From NCBI GenBank assembly GCA_035510735.1, contig DATKGN010000004.1, forward strand, positions 7,436-71,435: 64,000 nucleotides of DNA. The letters run 5' to 3'. Origin of the DNA: Patescibacteria group bacterium. GTDB lineage: Bacteria > Patescibacteriota > Microgenomatia > UBA10105 > UBA927. Shown here piece after piece: positions 1 to 10,516 of the stretch. The position numbers were made by a program, and so were the translations under genes. How positions within the stretch are numbered: position 1 is the first letter of the stretch; every line of letters starts with the position of its first letter. The notes below the pieces were generated by a model, which saw nothing but the letters and a program-made list of their open reading frames with translations, was not told the origin of the DNA and made no database searches.

Positions 1-287
1 TTATCCCCACGGTCATGCGTGAGATCTCCCGTGCGAACCACGCGGGCGACCCGCCCGGCATCCTGCTCTGAATATTGATAAGGTGTAGCGATAAGGGGAA
101 ACTCTCGGACCGGCGCACCGCCATTGATGGCCATCGTCGAAGAACCATGTCCTCGTAATTTCCTCCTGATGAGATGAGAGTACGAACCGATCATGTGGCG
201 TATATTCATTATGCGCACTCATTCTCCAACAAACCCTGCAATTTGTACAGTGTGTTTCATCTCGAGGTTTCTATGTAAGTGAAATCA

Positions 288-878
288 TCAGGATAATTCA
301 TGGGAGAGCAACGTAATAAGAAGCATGCTGCACCGCCGGGCAAGTACAACATCATAGAGGAATGTTTTTTCTTTACTGTATGCAATATCGCTCTTCATCC
401 AGGCCTCAAAAGATTGTTTATGATATCCCTCAAGAATCCACGGAGAGATAATGCCCGGTTTTATAACATGTCGCTTCATTTGCCGGGGTGTTAATTTTTT
501 TGCCTCGTCTACTGGTAACGGGCGGGGGCCAATAAGCGCCATATCGCCACGGATGACATTTATAAGCTGTGGCAACTCATCCAAGCCCGTATGGGCTAAA
601 AACTTACCTATGCGCGTAAACCGCGGATCATTGTGTATTTTAAACACGGGACCATTGGCTTCATTGAGATGTTTCAAACGGGCCTGCTCACAATCAGCGC
701 CGACACGCATAGTCCGGAACTTATAAATGAGAAAGTGGATGTTATTTTTTCCAACCCGTATTTGACGGAACAGAATTGGTAGCCCGCTGTCAAAAATAAT
801 GAATAACGCAATGAGGCCCATAACCGGCAGTGCAATGAGAAATACTATGACAACAGCCAAACGATACAAAACCTGCAT
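288..878 (-). CDS. Polyprenyl-phosphate sugar phosphotransferase of the bacterial sugar transferase family (small PglC/WbaP-C-terminal type). This is the likely priming enzyme of the glycan locus.
   Basis: The ORF is 288..1094. The conserved core (MQVLYRLAVV...DSGLPILFRQIRVGKN...FRTMRVGAD...PRFTRIGKFLAHTGLDELPQLINVIRGDMALIGPRP) begins at an internal Met at 876-878. Upstream of that Met the frame overlaps the aminotransferase gene ending at 889. One N-terminal TM helix is followed by the catalytic domain, as in PglC. Confidence 0.8.
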   Translation of the reverse strand: MQVLYRLAVVIVFLIALPVMGLIALFIIFDSGLPILFRQIRVGKNNIHFLIYKFRTMRVGADCEQARLKHLNEANGPVFKIHNDPRFTRIGKFLAHTGLDELPQLINVIRGDMALIGPRPLPVDEAKKLTPRQMKRHVIKPGIISPWILEGYHKQSFEAWMKSDIAYSKEKTFLYDVVLARRCSMLLITLLSHELS

Positions 879-888
879 AGATGCTCCT

Positions 889-2100
889 TTAGTGGACTCT
901 TGATAATTCACGGATACAACCCGCAATATACGCAATGTCTTTCTTTGTGAGCGTTGTTGATGATGGAAGATAGAGACCGTCGCGGCACAGCTGTTCTGAG
1001 ACCGGATATCGAACATTTTTAAATAAATGCCAGTACGGCGGCTGCACGTGAAGCGGTATAAAAAATGGTCTCGTTTCGATACCACGTGCTGCAAGAAGTA
1101 TCCTAAGATGGTTTTTATCCATACCGAATCTTTTCTTATTAATTAAAATGCCGAACATCCAATAACTGTGTTGTGTCGCGGGCGCTTCATACGGAAGCGT
1201 GACTCCCTGAATATCCGAAAGCAGTTGAACATACAACCGGGCGTTGGTTCTTTTTATACTAAGGAGTTTTGTAAATCGCTCCACCTGGGCCGTACCCACG
1301 GCGGCCTGGAGGTTGGTCATCCGGTATCCAAATCCAATCATCGTATGCCAAAAGTGCATCTCTTGGGTAAACGCATTATTATGAAGAAGCCTGAGACGAT
1401 CTGCAATCTCCTCATTATTTGTTACAACCATGCCACCTTCGCCGGTCGTAATGATTTTGTTTGCATATAACGAAAACGCGCCCACATCACCGATTCCGCC
1501 AACGGGTTTCCCGTGATACGTGGCACCGTGGGCTTCAGCAGCATCCTCCACAACCCACAACTCGTGTTTACGAGCAATATGCATAATCGTATCCATATCG
1601 GCAGGAGCCCCATAGGTATGAACCGCAATAATAGCTTTTGTCCTATCGGTGATATGTTTTTCAATATCTGATGCATCCATGTTCCATGTCGTAAGGTCTG
1701 CATCAATAACAACCGGTGTCGCCCCGCAATATGCGACCGCATTTATCGTTGCAATCATAGTGAATGTCGGAAGAATAACTTCATCACCCGGTCCAACACC
1801 CAAAGCAGCTAATGCCACATGGAGCGCGGACGTCCCACTGTTCACACTTATCGCAAATTTTGTTTTTGAAACTATTTGGGCAAATAGTTTTTCAAAACGT
1901 TTGACATAGTCGCCGGTGGACGAAATCCAGGAGGAAGAAATTGCATGCGTTACATACCGTATTTCCCGTGCCGATATATTCGGTTCTGAAACAGGAATAC
2001 GTCTCCGGCCGGCAAGCCGCGGCTCCCGTGTCGGGAAAAACGGTTTCATTGCATCAAGTTCCGAAGGCAATGTCTGATAAATCGGTGCTACTGTTTTCAT
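889..2100 (-). CDS. DegT/DnrJ/EryC1/StrS-family PLP-dependent sugar aminotransferase
   Basis: 403 aa with family-typical blocks (DEVILPTFTMIATINAVAYCGATPVVIDAD; AIIAVHTYG; GDVGAFSLYANKIITTGEGGMV). About 30 aa of N-terminal extension suggest the real start may be an internal Met. Confidence 0.85.
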   Translation of the reverse strand: MKTVAPIYQTLPSELDAMKPFFPTREPRLAGRRRIPVSEPNISAREIRYVTHAISSSWISSTGDYVKRFEKLFAQIVSKTKFAISVNSGTSALHVALAALGVGPGDEVILPTFTMIATINAVAYCGATPVVIDADLTTWNMDASDIEKHITDRTKAIIAVHTYGAPADMDTIMHIARKHELWVVEDAAEAHGATYHGKPVGGIGDVGAFSLYANKIITTGEGGMVVTNNEEIADRLRLLHNNAFTQEMHFWHTMIGFGYRMTNLQAAVGTAQVERFTKLLSIKRTNARLYVQLLSDIQGVTLPYEAPATQHSYWMFGILINKKRFGMDKNHLRILLAARGIETRPFFIPLHVQPPYWHLFKNVRYPVSEQLCRDGLYLPSSTTLTKKDIAYIAGCIRELSRVH

Positions 2101-2102
2101 AT

Positions 2103-2804
2103 CTATCGCGTCAAATCCCGGGCGGTTTGCATGTACGCCACGACCATTGTAAAAAACTTTGACTTACTTTGTCCATAACGGCGCGACGGATAATACGCCG
2201 GTACCTCTTTAATCCGAAGTCCATACTGAAACGCGCGGTACACGAGTCTCAAATGATACTCCCCGTATCCTTTATAAATCGTGCGCGGATCAATGAGCCC
2301 GAGCGATGACCGTCTGATCGCATAATACCCGCTCGTATTATCCCAGATCGGAAATCCAAAACCATAATGGAGAACGAGGTTAAACACATAACTGGTCACA
2401 TATCTCCACGCGTCCCTCATGCCGCCTCCGTGAATAAAACGGGATGCAACGACAAGATCCGCATCAGACAATTTTTTTATCATAGACGCAAGCAACCGCG
2501 GATCATGATTAAAATCTGCATCCATTCCGATAATGATGGACCCTCGTGCGTATTTTAATCCGGTAAGGATGGACGCCCCTAATCCGGGGCTTGAATGACG
2601 GACTATGCACTGAACATGAGCCGTATTTCGATATGTTTGTTTTACTAAATCGCCGGTACGGTCAGGACTATTATCATCAACAACGATTATTTCAAATGTT
2701 TTATGAATCGTACGCAATTCGCCCATTATCGCAGTAATAAGCGGAATCATATTCTCCTTTTCGTTGTATGTCGGAACTATGACGGAAATATCGACTGTCT
2801 TCAT
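2103..2804 (-). CDS. GT2 polyprenyl-phosphate glycosyltransferase (DPM1/GtrB/ArnC-like)
   Basis: The N-terminus is ISVIVPTYNEKENM...EIIVVDDNSPDRTGD. It has a DAD motif (IIGMDADFNHDP) and is 233 aa long, typical of Dol-P/Und-P sugar synthases. Confidence 0.8.
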   Translation of the reverse strand: MKTVDISVIVPTYNEKENMIPLITAIMGELRTIHKTFEIIVVDDNSPDRTGDLVKQTYRNTAHVQCIVRHSSPGLGASILTGLKYARGSIIIGMDADFNHDPRLLASMIKKLSDADLVVASRFIHGGGMRDAWRYVTSYVFNLVLHYGFGFPIWDNTSGYYAIRRSSLGLIDPRTIYKGYGEYHLRLVYRAFQYGLRIKEVPAYYPSRRYGQSKSKFFTMVVAYMQTARDLTR

Positions 2805-2812
2805 AGATTTTG

Positions 2813-4408
2813 TTAGTTTGCTGATATTTTTTGAAATGTCATAAGCACTGCATAACCGAAATTAACCGGTTTGTTGATTTTTCCGTACAGCGGGTTGTGC
2901 TTTAAAAAATACGACATACAATTCCCCTCGGCTGCATCAACCGTCGGATACCAAACGCATATCAGATAAACATACGGAGTGTTGGGTCGGTCAAGAACCT
3001 TGCGGTCTATGTCATTTCCGGGCGAAACTAACGGCATCGTATAGTGTGCATAATCCCGTAAATAATACAAAAACGGATAAAGAATGTAATTCGTATAGAT
3101 GTTAGGATACCGATACGCAAGCACCGTCATGTCACCCGTTGAAATGTTAGCGCGGGCCGACTCGCGGGCAATCGTAAACGCTACGGACGACGCAAGCGCC
3201 ACGTCGCGGCGCGGATACCGTATAAGATCCGACTGAATAGACCAGATATTCGTAATGAGATAGACAATCATGACACAAATAGCGCTCGCCACAATAACCG
3301 GCTGCTTTGAAGCAAATGCCAACCGCAGCGCGAGTGTTAACAGAAGAAAAAAGAACGGCAGAAAAACATTTAACCCATATACTTCAAGATCATGCCGGAA
3401 GAACAGGAGAAGTAATGATCCGAAAACAAGAGGCCATAACGGAACAAAATCAGTGACGGCACGGTAGTAGCGATCACTCTTTGACCGGAGATAGTTACCT
3501 AACCCGATAGGAAGGAGAACCCAAAGAGCGAATGCGCCTTCAAATATAAGTATGACACCCGCTCGTATATGAAAATCATCCCGATATAAACCGAATATGT
3601 TATCGATAAATGCCCTCCCATACCGGATGATGAGACGAACCGTTGCGATAAAACCCGCCGGAGGACCAAACGACTGCGAAACCAAAGCGCCATATGTTGG
3701 AAATCCGTGTTTTACCTCATATACCATAAAGGGGGCAAAGAACGGAAAAGCACATATTGTAAGACAAAATAATACGATGCCAAACGAAACAAGGTAATTA
3801 GTTTTCATCATGTTACGTATAAACCGAACGCCCATCACTATGTAGTAGGGAAGTAACAGTATCGGGGAAACATAAATCGATAACGCAACAGCATAGCAAG
3901 CGACCGACAACAGGTAGAATACAAAAGAGCGTCGCCGGAACGCGTTAAGAAGAAGAAGCAAAGAAATTGAAAGAAACAGCGTAAGCGTATGGGGCGCCCA
4001 GATCTGTCTGCTTTCAACAGTCATGACATATGATGTCGCAAATAAGAACGCCATGATGATTCCTGCGATATCATCCATTAACAACGCGGCAACCGACACC
4101 ATACACCCCATCACGGCAACATTCATGAATGCAAACGCAAATGTGATTGCTTCTGGTGTTCGGAGAACTGAGTAAAATCCCGCAAGAATGTAATAATACG
4201 TCGGGGGCGTTTGGAAATTACTCACCGACAAAAACGGGCCAACTGGCGGCCGCCAATTATTTTCAATAATACCACGCGCGATATACAGATCACCTGCCTG
4301 ATCGCCACGAAACGCTACCGTATCGTAAAATGAATAAAATCTTGCGTACAGCGCAATGCCAACAGCGACCGAAAACCCAATGATAATTATTACCTTTCGA
4401 ACATTCAT
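2813..4408 (-). CDS. GT-C-fold integral membrane glycosyltransferase (ArnT/PMT-like, GT39/GT83-type). It is a paralog of 7925..9499.
   Basis: It has at least 10 predicted TM helices. A first-loop motif FRGDQAGDLYIARGIIENNWRPPVGPFLSVSNFQTPPTYYY aligns with WEGDQGSDFLVAQQILHGQSQTLVGPPLNVTNFYTPPTYYY of the paralog. The ORF extends to 4486. The start was placed at the internal Met (MNVRKVIIIIGF) so it does not overlap the divergent wzm start. Confidence 0.6.
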   Translation of the reverse strand: MNVRKVIIIIGFSVAVGIALYARFYSFYDTVAFRGDQAGDLYIARGIIENNWRPPVGPFLSVSNFQTPPTYYYILAGFYSVLRTPEAITFAFAFMNVAVMGCMVSVAALLMDDIAGIIMAFLFATSYVMTVESRQIWAPHTLTLFLSISLLLLLNAFRRRSFVFYLLSVACYAVALSIYVSPILLLPYYIVMGVRFIRNMMKTNYLVSFGIVLFCLTICAFPFFAPFMVYEVKHGFPTYGALVSQSFGPPAGFIATVRLIIRYGRAFIDNIFGLYRDDFHIRAGVILIFEGAFALWVLLPIGLGNYLRSKSDRYYRAVTDFVPLWPLVFGSLLLLFFRHDLEVYGLNVFLPFFFLLLTLALRLAFASKQPVIVASAICVMIVYLITNIWSIQSDLIRYPRRDVALASSVAFTIARESARANISTGDMTVLAYRYPNIYTNYILYPFLYYLRDYAHYTMPLVSPGNDIDRKVLDRPNTPYVYLICVWYPTVDAAEGNCMSYFLKHNPLYGKINKPVNFGYAVLMTFQKISAN

Positions 4409-4442
4409 ACGGGCCAATCTAACATATCGTATAATACGCTCT

Positions 4443-5210
4443 ATGAATACTGACGTACAACAGTATCTCGATCTCTTATGGGGCATGACGGAAAAAGAAC
4501 TGCGTGTCCGGTATAAATATACATTTTTTGGCTTTTTATGGATCGTCGTAAACCCGCTTCTCCAAATGTTCTTAATCGGATTTCTCCTGAGTTTATTTAT
4601 AAAACAATCGTCTGAACAGTATTATTTTCATCTATACACGAGCCTTCTTGTGTGGAATTTTTTTTCTCTTTCGTTGGTTAAAGCCACTCCGAGTATCGTC
4701 GCTGAACGATTTCTGATAAAAAAATCGATGTTTCCCCGATCTGTTATTCCTCTGTCTATTGTATTATCAAACGTCATCCATCTATTGCTGGGTATGGGGT
4801 TATTCGGCATTGTCATGATGATACTTAAAATGATGCCGGGTGGATCACTGCTGTATATACTATTCGGTCTTTGTTTATTGATAATCTTTACCTGTGGGTT
4901 TTGTCTTCTCACGTCCGCGTTGAATGTCCGCTTCCGCGATATTAAATTTATTATCGAAGCTTTGTTAGTATTATGGTTTTATGCAACTCCCGTTATCTAT
5001 ACGTTTTCCCTCATTCCGCAAAAATACATATGGATATGGCGTTTAAATCCTATGACCTCCATTATGCAGTTATTTCAATATGGTTTTATTAATGCTCCTC
5101 CTCCGGGCCCGGCAATGCTAAGCATTAATCTGATTATTATTGTCATTGTCGCATTTGCTGGTATTCGCGTATTTCGATCTGAAAGTAGTAATTTTGACGA
5201 CTGGGTTTAA
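4443..5210 (+). CDS. ABC-2 type polysaccharide/teichoic-acid export permease (Wzm/TagG-like)
   Basis: It has six TM helices and the signature LWGMTEKELRVRYKYTFFGFLWIVVNPLL. The ORF starts at 4356. The start was placed at ATG 4443 (MNTDVQQYLD). Confidence 0.8.
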   Translation: MNTDVQQYLDLLWGMTEKELRVRYKYTFFGFLWIVVNPLLQMFLIGFLLSLFIKQSSEQYYFHLYTSLLVWNFFSLSLVKATPSIVAERFLIKKSMFPRSVIPLSIVLSNVIHLLLGMGLFGIVMMILKMMPGGSLLYILFGLCLLIIFTCGFCLLTSALNVRFRDIKFIIEALLVLWFYATPVIYTFSLIPQKYIWIWRLNPMTSIMQLFQYGFINAPPPGPAMLSINLIIIVIVAFAGIRVFRSESSNFDDWV

Positions 5211-5225
5211 CCCAAACTAATACTT

Positions 5226-5927
5226 ATGAATAGCGCAATCAAGCTCACACATATTTCAAAAGAATATATTCTTCATCATGAAAAACCGACGTTGGTAGAA
5301 AAATTTGTCTCCGGAAAAGAAGAAAAGTTTGTCGCTCTTAGCCACATTAATCTTACGATATTCAAAGGCCAAAGGGTCGGCATAGTGGGCGCAAACGGAT
5401 CCGGAAAAACAACGTTACTTAAAATTATAACGGGAATAACAAGGCCTTCTTCTGGAGTTCGCAAAGCATATGGAAGATTAATTTCGTTAATAGACCTCGA
5501 TGCTGGATTTCAGGAGGATCTTACCGGCGAACAAAATATTTATCTCAACGGCATGTTGCTCGGTATGAAAAAACAAGAAATAAACCGCCATATTGAATCT
5601 ATTATTGCATATGCCGATATTAAACAGTTTATTGATGCACCGCTGTACACCTATTCTCAAGGGATGAAACTTCGGCTCGGAGTCTCTATAGCTATCAACA
5701 CAGATCCTGATATTCTCATTTTCGATGAAGGATTGGGAGTGGGGGATAAACAATTTAATAAACGGCTCCGACACACGCTTAAAACCTCTTTTCGGGACAA
5801 AACCATCATTATTGCAACGCACGATTTAGAACTCATCAAATATCAATGCAACAGGATTCTTATTATGGAACACGGAAAAATACTTCATGATGGCGGACCC
5901 CGTACGCTAAAATTATATGCCGCATAA
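5226..5927 (+). CDS. ABC transporter ATP-binding protein (Wzt/TagH-like) partnering the permease
   Basis: Walker A is GANGSGKTTLLKIITG. A degenerate signature/Walker B is YSQGMKLRLGVSIAINTDPDILIFDE. It lies directly downstream of the ABC-2 permease. Confidence 0.85.
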   Translation: MNSAIKLTHISKEYILHHEKPTLVEKFVSGKEEKFVALSHINLTIFKGQRVGIVGANGSGKTTLLKIITGITRPSSGVRKAYGRLISLIDLDAGFQEDLTGEQNIYLNGMLLGMKKQEINRHIESIIAYADIKQFIDAPLYTYSQGMKLRLGVSIAINTDPDILIFDEGLGVGDKQFNKRLRHTLKTSFRDKTIIIATHDLELIKYQCNRILIMEHGKILHDGGPRTLKLYAA

Positions 5928-7017
5928 AATTGATAATACGCACATGCCGATGATTGTCTATATAGTCCCCGGCTACCCCCCATGGAGCGCCGCTTCGGTG
6001 AATACACAGCGACGGAAACGCCTTATGGAAAAACTTGGGTATTATGTCCTATATATACAACATGAAGACCTCCGGTATGTTCATAATGTGATATCGATAG
6101 TAAAACGTCGAAAGAACATAAAGGCCATTATCATCCGGGCAGACGGCGGATGCGACGTTGACAAATACACGCTTCTAAAATTGTTGTTACCGAATATCCC
6201 GCTTATATGGGAAATACACGGATTTGCAGAAGAACAACTGACCGTTGAAAAAAATCTTTATGGAAAATGGTTCGTTTTAAAAAATAATACAAAACGCAGG
6301 ATTCTCTCCCGCCTCGTTGACTGTTGTATGTTTGTCTCCGAGGAACTCCGTGCGTTTGCCCGAGAAAAAATTACTGTTCGTCGATCTGTAATTATTCCCA
6401 ACTTTCTTGCAGACGAACACGCAGGCAACGCCAAACAATACTCTAACGCAATCATAGATGAATTACTACAAAACTATTTTGTTGTATTGTGGGGCGGTGA
6501 CGCCCGCATGCCATGGCAGGCTGTTGATACAATCTATTCGGTAGCAACGCGGATACATGAATTTGATAGGCGTATCGCGTTTATTGTGGTTGGCTCAAAT
6601 AGTTGGTCCTCTTATGGTCATATTCCAAATATGTTATGTATTAATCCGATGCCTCATGCCGATTTTATGCATCTTGTATCCAAAGCCGATGTATGTCTTG
6701 GCATCTATCATGAATCCGTTTATTTCCCGTTTTATTTTTATCCGATGAAAATTCTTGATTACATGTCAGTCGGCAAACCGGTAATTGCAACGCACCTGCG
6801 TCCAATTACCAGGTTAATTACTGATGGTGTCAATGGATTTCTTACCACAAACACGGTTAGCGATATAACAAAAAAAATTCTACTCATTAAACAAAACCGC
6901 CCTTTATCACGACGGCTTGCTCATGAAGCAAAAAAAACCGTCCAAAATAACTATTCAGAGCGTAATGCGAAACGCCAATATACACAATTATTCCTTTCTG
7001 TTAACGCGGGGATATAA
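5917..7017 (+). CDS. Glycosyltransferase, GT4-like (Glycos_transf_1 C-terminal domain)
   Basis: C-terminal block KILDYMSVGKPVIATHLRPITRLITDGVNGFL. The N-terminal half is divergent. Confidence 0.65.
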   Translation: MPHKIDNTHMPMIVYIVPGYPPWSAASVNTQRRKRLMEKLGYYVLYIQHEDLRYVHNVISIVKRRKNIKAIIIRADGGCDVDKYTLLKLLLPNIPLIWEIHGFAEEQLTVEKNLYGKWFVLKNNTKRRILSRLVDCCMFVSEELRAFAREKITVRRSVIIPNFLADEHAGNAKQYSNAIIDELLQNYFVVLWGGDARMPWQAVDTIYSVATRIHEFDRRIAFIVVGSNSWSSYGHIPNMLCINPMPHADFMHLVSKADVCLGIYHESVYFPFYFYPMKILDYMSVGKPVIATHLRPITRLITDGVNGFLTTNTVSDITKKILLIKQNRPLSRRLAHEAKKTVQNNYSERNAKRQYTQLFLSVNAGI

Positions 7018-7029
7018 TCGCCGATCCCG

Positions 7030-7803
7030 TTATTTATGGGAAACAATAATTATGCGAGGAGACCGCTTAGACCACGGCCTCCGGTCATAATCACCGTATT
7101 CGTCATCGATAATAAACCCATATTGATGCAATAGAAATTCAAGCTCACTCTTTGCATACATATATTCAATCCGTTGCGAAATCAACCGCCTATTTTCTCC
7201 ATTGTTGGTTGCTATATCCCAGATAAATAGCTGATGATGCAACCGCGTTTTGGCGATTTTTTGGGAATATACCTGCCTCAAAATCGTTAGCTTCTCTTTG
7301 GGAAATTGTTTATGCTCATAGACCCCAAAATGACGCTCATCATTCTTTATGTTTGTATTATTGTAAACGTCAAGAATAAAATGCCCCCCTGGTAGCAAGC
7401 TCGATCTGACTGACCGCATGAGAGACGACTGCTCTTGTCTTGTCGCGGCCGGAAAACCCCACGGGCAAAATACTGCGTTAAAGCGGGTTTTCGGAATTGT
7501 AAATTTCGTCGCGTCACCGAACTGTAAAGTAATATTTTCTCTAATTGCGGGTTTCGCCGTTTTGCATTTCCTTTTTGCTTCTTGAAGCATCGCCCGGGAA
7601 ATATCTAGCCCCGTGATCTGAATTCCTGCTCCTGCAATCGGCAGAGTCAGTCGCCCCGTTCCGCAAGCTAACTCAAGCACAGGGGAGCCGAATCTGTTTG
7701 CCGTTGATACCCAAAAAGCAATATCTTCCGTTCTGTCTCTAAAATATAAGTCATAATACGGCGCAATATTTTGCCATTCGATGAGATTAGTATATGCTTT
7801 CAT
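7030..7803 (-). CDS. Class I SAM-dependent methyltransferase
   Basis: Motif I VLELACGTGRLTLPIAGAGIQITGLDISRAMLQEA, and a post-I acidic residue. 257 aa. Confidence 0.85.
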   Translation of the reverse strand: MKAYTNLIEWQNIAPYYDLYFRDRTEDIAFWVSTANRFGSPVLELACGTGRLTLPIAGAGIQITGLDISRAMLQEAKRKCKTAKPAIRENITLQFGDATKFTIPKTRFNAVFCPWGFPAATRQEQSSLMRSVRSSLLPGGHFILDVYNNTNIKNDERHFGVYEHKQFPKEKLTILRQVYSQKIAKTRLHHQLFIWDIATNNGENRRLISQRIEYMYAKSELEFLLHQYGFIIDDEYGDYDRRPWSKRSPRIIIVSHK

Positions 7804-7924
7804 GGAATATCTATTTTAAATCAAAAAGCGTGCGTATTCACAATTATTACGCGTATGGTATTTGCCTTTCCATATCAAACTGTTAATTGTACTATGTAAC
7901 ATGGTTCGCTCTCACTGATTATTT

Positions 7925-9499
7925 ATGAAATTCTTATCGAATAAATATTTCAAAATTTTAGCAGTAATAAGTATACTCCTCGTGAGCGGTTTCCTTCGCC
8001 TGTATCGCATCACCGATCTTACAATATGGGAAGGGGATCAGGGCAGCGATTTCCTCGTAGCCCAACAGATTCTCCACGGACAATCGCAAACGCTTGTCGG
8101 ACCGCCGTTAAACGTCACAAATTTTTACACGCCTCCCACGTATTATTATTTACTGGCTCTATTTCTCGGGATAGTCAAAACACCGCTTTATGTTGCAATT
8201 CTATTCGCCGGACTTAACATTATCGCCGGAATTTTCATATTTTTATTAATCGGACGGTTATTTGATTTCGTGACAGGGGTCTTTTCATTGGTGTTATTTT
8301 CACTCTCCTCTGTCATGATCATGAACGCCCAGTCGGTATATCAACCGCACCCCGTTATTTTTTTTATAACTGCCTCATGGTATCTTCTTTGGGAAGCTTG
8401 GCGCAAAAAAAATTTGGCTCTTTTAACTATTTCAAATGCCATATTTATCATAGGCGCATCTATCTATCCGGCACCGTGGTTACTCGCACCGTATTTCTTC
8501 GTAAAAAATGTGCAACTGATCAGACGCTCTGCATCGCGCACAAAAAATTCATATACCATCATTGTTTCCGTAATGTTCATTGGGCTCATCGTCTACTTTC
8601 CTCAGATTATTTTTGAGGTTTCCCATGGATATCCCATGACAAAAACTATACTCCATTCTGCTCTCGGCATTCCGTTCGATCTCACATTTATATCAGATTA
8701 TATAATCTATTTTGAACAAATTATCCTTCAGTTTTTTAATTTGGACAACATTATTACACCACATCAGATTCCGTTTGTATCATCTGCACTGATATCACTT
8801 TTTATTCTCACGATCATACTATCCAGGCGGACGGTAAAAACATTACGATTAAACATACGGCATGCATATCAAACAGTGTGGACATTCATGAACCCGCTAT
8901 GGCTGTGTGTCTGTTTTATACCGGTTGTATTTTTTTGGGAAAATGCTTTCCACAGATTGAATGTCTATTACCCATTATTGCTGATCATGTTTGTCGTATG
9001 CGCCAAAATAGCTTACGTCGGCCACTCATGGTTGCTAAAATATATTGTCATACTACTATTCTGTGTTTATTGTTTTGGGGCATTAGCATCGTATCACACC
9101 ACTCTCGCGAACCATACAATCAGCGAGTATAAAGAAACGGAAACAATCGCCGATTTTATACTACAAGACTCTAGGAAACGGAAATTATCTAACTCTTTTG
9201 GAGTATTTTATTACACTCCGTATGGATACGGTAATTATAATGCGCCTGCAGTATTTTATTTCTTACAGCAGGAGTCGTCCTATCATCCGCAATTTTTATC
9301 TCCATATTGGACAGACAAGTCAACGGTAAATAGCGCAACAACGGACGCAGCATATTTAATTTGCCGGTACTATGAGACTATTGAGGATATTATGTCCCGG
9401 TGCCGGAACATGTTTCTTTTGTGGAACCCACTGTATCACGTTGCCGAGGAAAAAATATTTCCCCTGGAACAACTCTTTATATTGACAAAAACCCCGTAA
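7925..9499 (+). CDS. GT-C-fold integral membrane glycosyltransferase (ArnT/PMT-like). It is the second paralog.
   Basis: Polytopic membrane protein of 524 aa. The conserved first-loop motif is shared with 2813..4408 (see that feature). Confidence 0.6.
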   Translation: MKFLSNKYFKILAVISILLVSGFLRLYRITDLTIWEGDQGSDFLVAQQILHGQSQTLVGPPLNVTNFYTPPTYYYLLALFLGIVKTPLYVAILFAGLNIIAGIFIFLLIGRLFDFVTGVFSLVLFSLSSVMIMNAQSVYQPHPVIFFITASWYLLWEAWRKKNLALLTISNAIFIIGASIYPAPWLLAPYFFVKNVQLIRRSASRTKNSYTIIVSVMFIGLIVYFPQIIFEVSHGYPMTKTILHSALGIPFDLTFISDYIIYFEQIILQFFNLDNIITPHQIPFVSSALISLFILTIILSRRTVKTLRLNIRHAYQTVWTFMNPLWLCVCFIPVVFFWENAFHRLNVYYPLLLIMFVVCAKIAYVGHSWLLKYIVILLFCVYCFGALASYHTTLANHTISEYKETETIADFILQDSRKRKLSNSFGVFYYTPYGYGNYNAPAVFYFLQQESSYHPQFLSPYWTDKSTVNSATTDAAYLICRYYETIEDIMSRCRNMFLLWNPLYHVAEEKIFPLEQLFILTKTP

Positions 9500-9679
9500 A
9501 TTAATTACTGCTGTTAAATGAGTAAACAAACCCAGAAAGAAGAGCTTACTTTGAACTTTTTATCTCCGCATATGATATCCTGAGAATCTGCCTCATATAA
9601 TAACCGCCTGCAATCATATTTGTACTAACCGGCTGTCGGATTTATCATTGCATTACATTTATTATGCTTCGTTCGTATC

Positions 9680-10516
9680 ATGAAAATATATAAACCCATA
9701 TTTATTCTGGGCTCTGCCCGATCAGGAACGTCCATTCTATATGAACTCTTGTCCTCACACCCGGACCTCTGTTGGTTTTCAAATATAACCAATCTACACC
9801 CGGAGCATCCCGAACTTGCAGCGCTTAACCGTCTCACTAATATACCGATTATGAAATCTTTCATATATCCTTCAGAAGGGGAACGTGTGTATATGTATTG
9901 TGGTTTTCAAGATGACAGGAGAACAGCATTTGATACCCTAAACCAAACAACGTCAGCTACATTTAAAAATGTAATACAAAACCACCTCGCGGCGTCAGGA
10001 AAACCCCGATTCATTAATAAGCGGACCGCCAACACCCAGCGCCTTGACTGCCTTATTCATATGTTTCATGACGCGTACTTTATCCACATCATCCGTGATG
10101 GGAGAGCCGTAGTCAATTCATTACTACGCGTCAATTGGTGGAGCAACACGCCGTTGTGGTGGAGGTCAAATCTGACGCCTTCGCACTGGCAACGTAACGG
10201 CAATGCTCCTGAAAAATTATGTGCTCTTCACTGGAAACACAATGTAGAGGAAATCCGACGTTTTAAATCACGACTATCCAATCGGTATATTGAAATTCGG
10301 TACGAAAATTTTGTAAATGACCCTAGAGGAACAATACGCAGCTTGATTAATTATTGCCAATTAAATCCATCGATTAATTATATTTCATCACTTCCAGAGG
10401 CACTGCTTAATATGAACAATAAGTGGAAAGAAAATTTATCATCAAAACAGAAAAAAATAATTTCCGAAACGGTCGGCGACTATCTACAAAAACTCAACTA
10501 CCGTTATCTGCAATGA
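9680..10516 (+). CDS. Sulfotransferase-family protein (PAPS-dependent; Sulfotransfer_3-like)
   Basis: The N-terminal 5'-PSB loop is IFILGSARSGTSILYELLSSHP. A 3'-PB-like region is HIIRDGRAVVNSLL. The size and layout fit bacterial carbohydrate sulfotransferases. Confidence 0.7.
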   Translation: MKIYKPIFILGSARSGTSILYELLSSHPDLCWFSNITNLHPEHPELAALNRLTNIPIMKSFIYPSEGERVYMYCGFQDDRRTAFDTLNQTTSATFKNVIQNHLAASGKPRFINKRTANTQRLDCLIHMFHDAYFIHIIRDGRAVVNSLLRVNWWSNTPLWWRSNLTPSHWQRNGNAPEKLCALHWKHNVEEIRRFKSRLSNRYIEIRYENFVNDPRGTIRSLINYCQLNPSINYISSLPEALLNMNNKWKENLSSKQKKIISETVGDYLQKLNYRYLQ

